From Magallana gigas (Eukaryota), in assembly GCF_963853765.1 (NCBI RefSeq), contig NC_088855.1, positions 5,270,001-5,334,000 of the forward strand: a stretch of 64,000 bases of DNA, in the 5' to 3' direction. Both the position numbers and the translations under genes were made by a program. Below are positions 53,501 through 64,000 of this stretch, piece by piece. The first letter of the stretch is position 1. Every line of letters begins with the position of its first letter. The notes under the pieces are model-generated. The model did not search any database. It had not been told where the DNA came from and saw only the letters and a list, made by a program, of their open reading frames with translations.

Positions 53501-56500
53501 GAAGCACACACAATATCTGCTTTATCTTTTGATTGGTCTGATAATAATTCTACCCTAATGGAATATCAATTAGCAATGCTCTTGTTTGCAGTCAACAAAC
53601 AGAAATTTACGAGCACATTATTGTAGTTTTTTTTTATATTAATTTCTTTATATTATAATGAAAAATGGGATTTTCCCCCCATGTCCTATGAAATCCAATC
53701 TTGGCAATAAAGTCACTATTTGTGTTTAGTTACTTTTAATTAGAGCAGAATATAGGTGCATGCTTATGCATTAAATCTAAAAATACTGGTAAAATGAATG
53801 AGTTATAACGCTGTCTAGGGTTGGTCTATATTTTATGTTTCTGTGACACCAAATTAGAACACTTTGTCTCAAAATGGTGAGAAAGGACATTTTTTATATG
53901 AGCATTTTTTTGTTTGCGCCAGCTAGGATTTGCATTTTTTGAGTAGTTTGTGAATTTCAATGAGCATGTTCTACTAAAATAACCTTATTGTCTAGATAGT
54001 ACACGTAGTACCATGGAGTATTAGGCACTCGGCCTATAGATTCGGAGCCATTTTATTTTTTCTAAGAATTTTAATCAGATGAAAGACAGGTTGCATATTT
54101 GAAGCTGCCAGAAGTCTTTAAAGGAATAGTATTTAATTAGTTTATCATGTAGTCATCGCTTTATAAATAATTTCTACTAAATATTTGGGAAAATTCTCCA
54201 GGATAGCATTAATCAGACACAGGGTTGCGGTACTTTTCTGAATCATAGCTGTGGTACATTACTCATTCAGAATGGTGACCGAAATACTGTCCCGACCATG
54301 ATGCTTTGAGTTCCATCTGAAAGACATTATTAGCGTGACAGATTGTTTAAGGTTACATTATGGAGATAGAAGAATGGACATAGTATAACACAATTGAAAC
54401 GACATACAAAGGCCTGGACCAAATAAAGCAGAAGTTGATATCTGGGGGGTGATCTGATCAGATAAGTCAGTCCCTTGATCTCAACCATACAGGGACAGAA
54501 TCTGGCCACCAATTGTTCCACTGTGACCTTTAAGTGCTTCTAATGTCCACTAAAGCTCTTTAAAGAGCAGTTCTATTGTACTGTGGGCCATTACAGAGCC
54601 TATTTGATCCACTCAGACTCCACACACGTACAGCATTATTAATGTATCTACAAAACTACAGGAGGAAAGGGGGGAGGGGCTGAAACAAATAATGTAGTCT
54701 TTCCTTTTTACAAATAATTCAGATTGTCTGTTGTTTATAACATGCTCACAATTGTTCTGATTAATTAAATTTTTTATATTAAGGATAAATATATCTTTTA
54801 GTTCTTTTAGTATGCATATTTTCATGTTGTTGTTTATTTTTCAGGTGTATAAAAAAAAGACAGAGTTAGCTAAAAAGGAATATCTAAAACAATTGGCTGC
54901 TTACAGAGCAAGTCTTGTCTCTCAGGTGAGTTTTCACTGAGTTACTCCCCCTTCCCTTATCCCCAACCACCCCTAACACCCAACTCACCCTTACTCCTAC
55001 CAAAGGACTGTGGTACCCCAGAAATGTGATGAGTGTGAGGCTTTTAATCTTGCAGGGAAAAAAACAATTTGTAAGCATTATGGAAATTCAACACATGTCA
55101 AGTGATACTCTACCTGCAGTCCTATGATATGACTGTTTTTAAGTGAGAGCCTTACCATCTGTCATGTTTGGGGTTTGTTTTTTTGTTTTTGGGGGGATTG
55201 TTTTCCCCCCATTTTTTACAAGGTTATGTGCATTAACTAAGTTATGTCGGCTGATATGGATTCCCATCCAAGACTGCAGAATATATTTGTATAAAATATA
55301 CTCTGTCTATTTACTTGACCAGTAATACACAAGGACTTACTGGTATTATACACTCGATATTTATATAAGGCTTAATAATGCAACCTCTAAATTTTACCCG
55401 ACACATTTGAAATTATATCATGAAAAGGATGTCTTTCAAATTGACAAAAAAGGGTTTGGAGGACTATTGGTCTTCCAGTTTTACAAAAACAGTATTTACA
55501 TGTACAAGTTTAACAAGCATCAAATCCTAACTGTATTCTATCATTAACAAGTTTGAGTTATTTTGGGTTATAATAAGAGTCTCGTTGTCAAAGTAAGTTC
55601 AAAATTTCATCCTAGAATGCAAAATACATGTACTACATAAATCAAATTCATATGCAAAAATATGTAAAGCTTCAAGAACATTTATTGATAATTTCTTATC
55701 CAATAAGATAATATTAGAGAAAAAAAGGAATTAAAGTGATATGAATAATTTATTATCCTGTTTGTTTAGCTGTGTCTGCAATTTATGACAATTTATGTGT
55801 GTGTACTTCCTACCAGATTCTTTTTTTAAGTTATTGTTGCATTGAATTATTTTTTCTATTAAACCCCTTATTTAGATGATGTAAAAGCATAAATTACAAT
55901 GATGTTGAGTGCTATCATTCTAACGGTACAAAATCAGCTGGCTTTCAATGCAAATGAACCATCGGTGCTTTTGTTTGATATTTGCTAAATGAAGCAGGTG
56001 GGAATTATATAATGTAGGTCACCTCCAAAAGGCATTCAATTCTAACGCTGCTCTCAATCAAACTTTGCTTTTCTTGAAATATTTTGCCATGTGCAATTCA
56101 CAGTTTTCTTTTAAATGAATGATTGTTTATTTCTATGAATTTAAGATTGACAATGATTTATTATTTATAATACAGTATTTAAATAAGATAATGAAAATGG
56201 GGACAGTAAGATAACTGTGTTCCGGCCTATACCATTACATTTTAGGCAATGCTTTGCTCCAAAATCATCTCATTTCAAAAGAAAATTAAAGGAAATTTAA
56301 AACCACCAAGAGATGAATTATGACAGTATTCCACAATATTTAGCTTATTGATACATTTTATACAAACTAAAAAGTAGATTATAAAAAGTATCACCCACAG
56401 TCACAACAAAGCAAAAACTGTCACATGATAGGTCTGAGTCAAGAAAGCTAATGTCTGATTGGTGGTTTCAAGTTACCATGGAATCCAGTCATCAGTCACA

Positions 56501-57890
56501 TTTAACGAGAGAAAGCAGATCAAACACAATTGGCTCTGCACCTGTCCACAATAAAAATCCAAGAGTTATGGGATTGATTTACAATTATCTGAAAAACCTA
56601 TTATTTCTTGCTTTTTATTATTTGGATAATCTGCATTTAGCTTTTAAACATTTGTTAAAAAAGAGATGCCGCTGTTTTGGAAATAATTACCTTTGTTACA
56701 AATATTCAATTTCACAGAATGAACTCCAATAATGGACCTGGATTAGGTGTTAATATTTTATTTGTAGTTCACAATGATATGATAAATAGAGCTTGTTTGA
56801 AGAGTTTTTGATTTACTTCCAGTTACCCATGGATGACAACAATCCATATGGAAACCTGATGGACAAGAACCAGTTTGTACGCCAAGCCCAGAACTCTCCC
56901 ATGCACATGTCCCCCAATGTGTCTCCACCCCAGGGTGCCTGGCCGATGACCTCAATGACCATGCAGAACCAGTCCCCACCTGGTCTTCATGGCATGTCCC
57001 CCCAGGGTCACTCTCCAGACAGCCATGGAATGTCCCCACAGGGTCAAGGGATCTCTCCCCTTCATCATGGAGCCAACATGTCACCTTCCATGGGGGACAT
57101 GATGATGGGGCCTCCCTCCAACAGCCCCCCTAATATGGGCTACAGTCCTCAGCATCCTCATGTGAGCCCCCAGCACATGGTGTCCTCACCCCCAAGACCT
57201 GTCCAACAAATTGCTCCTAGACAGCCAGTCCTTGGACAACTGATGGTAAGACCCTTGTAATTTTATACAAGTCATACTTATCTCTATTCACTATTCTTCC
57301 TAATCTACTGGTATAATGTCGTTGATTGGATTGATATTTCATTAGCACCTGTTGTTTCAGGAGGAGGCTAATATTTGTTTGGATGGAGGAGATATGATGC
57401 AGTCAATGTGTATCCGAAACGGTTGTACGAACCCCACCATTGAGAGTCCAGGCTGGGACAACGAGTACTGCTCAAACGAGTGTGTGGTCAACCACTGCAG
57501 GTCAGTGCTCTCTCAGGCAGGCTGTCTAAGAAGGGGGGGGGGGGGGATGTTGTGTCTACTCAAACATCTAGTTTAATTCATTTGTTAAATACATGAAGTA
57601 CAGAAATTATAAAAATTGAAAATACATGTATATGGCAATGAAATTTAGATTATGGAAAATTTATACCTAATGAAAAAAGCTATTTATTTGTTGCATCATG
57701 TTAATAGCATGTTGAGATATCGCAAGTCTCCAATTTCTGTGTCAGCGACTATTAACACTCTTCTTTGTGTTTTAGACTTAAAAGTTTACAGGTTCACTTG
57801 AAAACTAATACTTTGTATTTCTGTTGTAGGGATGTGTTTACAGCATGGGTTTCCTCTCGACAAGGCTCAAACCAGTTTACTGTGAAATGA
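50541..57890 (+). CDS. TOX4: TOX HMG-box family protein (TOX4-like; invertebrate TOX), 5'-partial, 500 aa from the first confident exon
   Basis: Exons 50541-51068, 52691-52824, 52983-53118, 54845-54925, 56823-57245, 57361-57500, 57830-57890, GT-AG and in frame. Motifs: [13 protein letters not shown] (TOX N-terminal motif), [52 protein letters not shown]...[26 protein letters not shown] (TOX HMG box), and C-terminal CIRNGCTNP...[26 protein letters not shown] (TOX4-type tail). The start exon lies upstream and is unresolved. Confidence 0.95.
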
Positions 57891-57916
57891 TCTGCTTACG
57901 CCGAAGGCACATGTTA

Positions 57917-58913
57917 AATAAACGTACAACAGACCTGTGAATAGTGCAAGGGAGAGAATCCATGTTGTGTCAGCTAGTGTCTCATGCAGTGGAGACTGTG
58001 GAGTGGGAGATTGTGGACGTGATAAGGCAAAAGACGTGGACTCTGTTCATTACACTTTGTTGACAAGGCTATCAGAGTTACTTCCCTTGTTAGTTTTTAG
58101 AGAAATAATCTCCCGTTTTGTATATGCATTTGACTGTATGTCTGTTTGTAATATTTATAGCATTCCCAGTGGTAGAATATTTAATTGTTCAATCACAGTA
58201 CTCGTGTAACTGCAGTAATTTTGTCAATATGCGTAATAAGGCACTGATGCTATAACTAGTATGAAAATTGCTGGGTAATTGTTGTTTTCCAAGAAATTAA
58301 TGTGAATCCGTTGACTTCATTATTCATCTTAATGGTTATAATGTTTGTTCATTTATCAAACAAACATTTATTATGATTGCTTTTCATTTACGAATAACAA
58401 TGCCCATTGTTGACATTATCTAGGCAGTGCTTTCCTATTTCTGTGTTGACATCCAGGAAGGTCGTTCTTGTATTACGATTGTTATTATTTATATCATTTA
58501 TGTCAATTGTATAGACATTTTTATACCTGTCTGGCAAATAAGTATCAAACCAGTCACAGGGTCTAATTTAGATGTTCTGAAATAATCATTTGTAGCAAAC
58601 ATTTTGTTTGGATAACTAAGGTAGATTGTTAAGACATTAGAATTATTTATGGGAACAACCTGTTAGGAAATAGCATATCATGAAACATGAAAATGAGAGA
58701 AAAAAAATAAAAGATTGGAAATTTTAAAAAAATTCCAGAACATAAAAAATATTAAAATTTTTAGTCTGTTGAGTTGTTTAACTTTTCTATACTTTGAAAG
58801 AGAGAAGTAAACAAGGATAAAAAAACACTTGGCAGTCTGTTTGTATAAACATACTTGTACTTGTTTCTATTGTTAATTGTGATTGCCCTAATGTGAAGGG
58901 CAATACAAATAAA
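57917..58913 (+). terminator. Candidate proximal (57917-57922) and distal (58908-58913) AATAAA signals of TOX
   Basis: Two canonical hexamers downstream of the stop at 57890; usage unknown. Confidence 0.4.
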
Positions 58914-59781
58914 CACACAGATGGAAATGGATGCAATGACTTTGTATTGAGATCTGTGCTTAATGTTAATTAAAAGAATCCGCTTATTTCAGGTGTTTGA
59001 GTTTTCACTTGGACAGAATTCAGAGAAACCTGTCTCACAGTCTGTTAGAACCATTTTAACAAGAGCTTGGACTTCGGGTAGTTATGTTTAACTGCAATGT
59101 GACGTAGGCCTGTCTATTTTATTTCTGGCCAATCAGCCATGGCTCTTTGAAATCAACAAGATTTGTCTGGCTTTTAAGCTAAGACTACGCAATTGGTGCA
59201 TATTTCACTTGAAACCGTGTCATTTTCATCTTGATTCAGTGCAAAAATTAGATAACTACGTCCTAATGAAAGTCCAAGGTCTTAAAATGGTTCTCATTGT
59301 CACATACACACAATAACCATTTTTCTGTTACCCTTGTCAAACAACAGCATGCCATGGACAACAGCAGTGCCAACGCTTCTGACTTGTTTCTGAATCAAGA
59401 GGGCTGGAGGATAGTGTGGCTGTGTTTACACTATTAGATATATAAATACGGTAGCAGAGATTTGTTTAAGGATAAAAAAAAATATATTCAAAGTTCGGAC
59501 CTAAAATTAGGAATTTACAGTTAGTGGCTTAAAGAAGATGGATGAATAAGGCGTGTAAAATGCCCATACACGGTCGGACAAGCTACTGAAAAATTTAAAT
59601 ATTAATAAATCTTATATTGCAAAAAACAACAACATTTAAAACAATAATATATATTTAACATATCATTGATCTTAAACCTATAAATATGTTCAATGCTTGG
59701 AATATATTGACTCAAACAGGCGTATACTTATCAAAACCTGCAATTAGTGTCATTTTGTAGAACTTTAAGGCATTTTCTTTT

Positions 59782-61475
59782 ATAGAGTGGGTCTGGGCTC
59801 CATATTTTTCTCATAGTCTAATTAAGGTCTAATGGAAAACAAACCGATTCCAATCAACAACAACGTGGAGAGATGACCCACTATACATTAAAAATATTAT
59901 TTTGTATCCCAACAATTGAACGTTTTGATAAAATAATACAAATCCGTAAATTCGTAGCCAAAGTGACACATAATATTTAAAGAGCCTACTTTGTTGTGTC
60001 TGAATGGCTCAGTGGTTAGAGTACCTCACCTTAGGGTTTTTATGGTATGGGTTCGATACCACCAAAATTTCAAGAAATATTTTTTTCTTATTTTTGGTTA
60101 AATATATTAAAAACTGAATAAAGTTAGAAATTGTGCTTTGGCAAACTCGCATTGTAATATATTTGAATAGATTTCATTGGAAAAAAATTAAATTCAAAAT
60201 TGTATTTCACGACTAAACCAAATGGGCATTTGCGCCATCTTATTCCCCCATCTTCCTTCGATCGATACCGAAATAATCCTGTATAGCCATTGCCATGCAA
60301 TGATGATGAATTTATAAGAATATATGCCATTTAATTGAGTAATGAATTGAACCCAGCACTGATAGATAATGTGTCGACTGTTTGACGACAGTTTTAATTT
60401 AAAAGTTCAAGAAATGCGTACTATTTAGTATATATTCCTTTATAGCTGTTTATTCTCGTTAGATCTTGATTCTGTTTTGTCTGTAGTTGGGAACACAATT
60501 TGATTCCTTTTTAAATGGGGGAGAAAAACAAACCCAGTAAATGTACATATGGACAATGGACGGTAGAAGGGAGATTTTACTTTCACTAAGTTACAGACGA
60601 TTTCAGAAAGCGCACAGACAGAGGATGTCTCGTTAGAAAGGTATTGGTGATATAAAGGTCAAAAGAATATTGTTTTAACTGATTATATGTTTGTCAGAGC
60701 TGGCTTTAACAGTTGCACAGTGATTTTAATGAAGAAAAGATAATCAAAAAAAATTAAGTATAATTATGCCAACCCTGTCTTGCAACACAAGATTTCACGT
60801 CACTGATGAACTTTATCGGCTGTTTATTGGACTATTAAAAACACTGGAAAATGTAAACATTTACTGATAATGACAATTAGTTGGTCAGATCATTAAACAC
60901 TTTGTTGACTGAAAGCAAAATATCAAAATACGAAAAATAAATTTTAAGGTTTTTTCCTTTGTTTTTTAGCATTAAGGTTTAGACAAGAGAGACAACTTTT
61001 CCTTCTTTTCAGATTTAGCTTGACTTGACATTAATTTGATATCCCGTGATTCCTTTCCCATCCGAATGTCCGCGATATAATACTTTTGCAAAAAAACAAA
61101 AAACAACAACAAAAAACCGCTTGCTTTTTTTTTTTGGGGGGGGGGGCAATTGTACCCAGTAGCTATAAAGTGGCCTTAAGAAGCCGAGGCATAAACCGGT
61201 TTTTTCTTTACAAATATAACTTTTGTTACATTTATTAAGCATATGTATCCATTTGCATTCAGCATTGCCCAATCCTTCAAAATTGACTTCAAATTTACGT
61301 ATATGCTAATTGAGCAACAAAATGCTAATAAAATCAGATCTTCAGACTAAAGTATTTTATATTTTATTTTTATTTTATATAGAGTGGGTCAACATACCAT
61401 TTTTTTAAGAACGTATACAAATAAAACATCATACATGTAAATGTTTTTAAAAAATGGCACCAAGACCCACTCTAT
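59782..61475. mobile_element. About 1.7-kb TIR-bounded non-autonomous DNA element
   Basis: ATAGAGTGGGTCT (59782-59794) / AGACCCACTCTAT (61463-61475) perfect 13-bp inverted repeat, extending to about 23/27. An extra left-type TIR lies at 61379. No TSD or transposase seen. Confidence 0.55.
60005..60060 (+). pseudogene. tRNA-derived relic / SINE-like head with Pol III A and B boxes
   Basis: A box TGGCTCAGTGG (60005-60015), intact D arm (GCTC/GAGT), B box GGTTCGATACC (60050-60060) at tRNA-like spacing. Acceptor and T stems do not pair, so this is not a functional tRNA. Confidence 0.45.
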
Positions 61476-62080
61476 CGTAAAAAGCAAGTTTTCTTCCTTC
61501 AATTTTCAAGTTGATCATCAAATGGCCAAGACCGAATTATGTTTGCGAAATACTAAATTGAATGCATAAAACAGGTGATTTCGCGGTGTAGCGGATAGCG
61601 AGAAGTTCCTGGAATATAAGTATGTTGAAGTAGGTATTCGATTTCAATGAATCGTGTTATAAATATTTTATTTATGTCTTTGTTTACTTTTTTAAATTCG
61701 AAAAACTCATTAGACGTAAAGAAAGTAAACATTGCGTTATTATGAATTAAACACATGCACTTAACCATTTAATAGATTTTGAGGCTAAATGCTAAATAAG
61801 TTATTTTAAGTATTATGTTTTAAAAAACATGTTACTTTGTAAGGGGGTACAGATTGTGGAATTTAAAACAAAAGATTGGAATTCTTTTTTTAATGTACAC
61901 GCACATAATAAAATCACTGGAGATATGTAAGCAAAGGAATAAAAATATCTGAAGGTATTAGTCATACACATATTATATCAAATGCGTGATTGTCATTTGA
62001 AACATACCAATGATAGGGTTGTGGCCACTTGTGGTCATATACCTCGGCTTATTCCCCCAGGTTCTTTGGTTAAGAAATTT

Positions 62081-62243
62081 GGAATCATACATTCTTTGAC
62101 TATTATGAGGTGAACAAATACGGTCGGGGATGATCTAATCATACAAAGCCCAAAGGGCTTTATGGTAGATTTGATCACGCCCGACAGTATTAATATTTGA
62201 TCACATCATCATTGTCAAAGAATGATTACTTATTACTTATATT
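62081..62243. mobile_element. Palindromic (foldback) element end, Crypton-like non-autonomous repeat
   Basis: Nested inverted repeats: CATTCTTTGAC 62090-62100 / GTCAAAGAATG 62214-62224; 62124-62140 / 62168-62184 (14/17); central AAAGCCC-AAA-GGGCTTT hairpin 62145-62161. The Crypton label is from recollection of oyster repeats, not a search. Confidence 0.6.
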
Positions 62244-63787
62244 AATAAAAAATCAGTAATTGTACGATATACTCTGTCCCGAGTTTTTGCTTGGACCACT
62301 TTTCGTTTGATATTTCGATAATGATAAATACCTTTGTGCTCAAACTACGTTCATTCATGAATATGAAAAATGTCCAGATTATCTGTTTTGAAACGCCTCC
62401 TCTACCGCTTCAGGTTTCAATACATATCCCAAAATAGAAAGTCTACGGGGATTTTGCATTGCATCAACCATTAATAAGCCCGGATGATAACGTTGCAAAA
62501 TTTTGCGAGGTGTCCCGAGTACTTCCGAATGGAGAAAATATGTAAACATTTCCCATTGTAAATCTCCGTAAGAAATTTGTTTTCCTTCCTGTCAACTTTT
62601 GTGAGTGAAAAGGGATAATTTATCAATGAAGAGATCTTGGATATTATCCATTTCATCGATTTCAACTTTACGTCTTTCACAGGTGTGTGTATTTTTATTA
62701 AAAATCACCAAAAAGTGATGGAAGCAATAACTTGGGACAGACTATAGTAGTGTTATCTCAGACGAAAAAAATTTAAAAATGTAAATGTACACAAATGCAT
62801 GAATACAGATTAACTGTTTTTTCATATCTCTAGCAGTGTGTCAAACATAGACGGTTTGGATAGTTTACTGTTAAGATGGAATCCGGAAGCTAGAGATGTA
62901 TCGCCCTCAGGGCCGAGGTATCCCCGTCTTGCCCCGTCGTCAAGGGAATGTCTCGCCCTCAACAGGGAGATACTTCCTACGATTAATCATCGTTTTGTGT
63001 CAAGTTCCTTCGTGGTCTCGTATTGTTTTTCAATTAACTGGGTGTGCATGTGTAAATACAAACTTAGCATAGTACATCGTTAATTTTGTTATTACATCCA
63101 TCCAGTAAATTGATTTGTGTATATAATTTTTAAGTCTGTTTTACAAAATTCTCATGGATGTATATAATGGTTCGAACCGTCAATAGGAAGATAAGTAATA
63201 ACACATTCTGCGGGCTAAAGTTGATAATCAGTTGTATTATATGTCGGGGGCACAGGTCCGGGATCAAAAATAAAACGTGTTATTCTTCATCTATCATCCT
63301 GACGATTCGGCTTTGAGTCACGAAATTTTAAATGCATTTAATATCACTCTAATTTTTGGTACATTTTTATTAACCATGCTCGTTACAATTCACATTAGTC
63401 ATGTGGAATTTATTTTAGGCGTGACGTCATGTCGATGTCGTATGCATGCATTCTGAAGGTGTCTGAATACTGACATTGCAGCACGGGGGCTTTTGAAACA
63501 GGATGTCATTGTTTTCTCAAGACAATTCAACATCCGGGATACCGGGAAACATCCTGGTACCGAGAGAAGTTCTCTGGCTGACTTCATGGTGCACGTTTGA
63601 ACTGACTGTCTGCAATCTAAACCAAAACAAGATACCACTTGTATAATATTATTAGTTAAAAGTCATATCAAGCCTCCAAATTTAATGCAGACTTACCGGA
63701 TAGTATAACATCTTTTGGGTCTTGAGAACAAAAACGAATCTACAATGGAATGATTCCGATGTATAATATACAAGAAGTATATTTTAG

Positions 63788-64000
63788 ATTGTTATACTTT
63801 CATGTTAAATACTGAAATCTGATTGGTTAAGACGCAGTTAATAATATTTACTATTACCCTCAGCGTTAGCAACGCACTTGGCAACGGGTAACATTACAAA
63901 ATGTTACATGCGCGAAAATTATGCGCGTACGGTTCGCTGTAGAATTCACGTTATTCCTATATAAAAGCAGTAAAATTTTCTTAAAAATTTTAAAAAAGAC
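63788..64000. mobile_element. Start of an abundant oyster interspersed repeat (Crypton-like non-autonomous), runs off right edge
   Basis: ATTGTTATACTTTTCATGTTAAATACTGAAATCTGATTGGTTAAGACGCAG...GCGTTAGCAACGC...GCGCGAAAATTATGCGCG. I recognise this as a high-copy Crassostrea repeat; internal short palindromes are visible directly. Confidence 0.55.

Noticed and set aside
60005-60075. Functional tRNA gene
   Set aside because: Only the D arm pairs; T and acceptor stems fail, so it is kept only as a relic.

Overview
Eukaryotic, AT-rich, intron-rich genomic DNA. The repeat landscape (Helentron/HINE-like elements with satellite-like arrays, TA-flanked MITEs, Crypton-like palindromes) suggests an oyster (Crassostrea/Magallana); this is inferred, not searched. 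I reconstructed four protein-coding genes by hand with frame-consistent splice junctions. (1) MARCHF6 (Doa10-type RING-CH E3 ligase), minus strand, 19 exons in the window, running off the left edge. (2) WDR88-like WD40 protein, plus strand, 11 exons, head-to-head with MARCHF6 (290 bp between ATGs), with a GC-AG first intron. (3) A C2H2 zinc-finger gene, minus strand, with a BCL11-type N-terminus but non-BCL11 C-terminal fingers. (4) A TOX/TOX4 HMG-box gene, plus strand, 7 confident exons, first exon unresolved. Genes 3 and 4 diverge across about 23 kb with no recognisable coding gene. There is no CRISPR array, rRNA, intact tRNA or autonomous transposase ORF. I did not find an unambiguous new biological system. 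The best leads are the hybrid BCL11-like factor and its head-to-head block with TOX, a duplicated decoy splice acceptor in WDR88 that leads to an in-frame stop, and a 2.6-kb composite Helentron-like element carrying two different tandem arrays.
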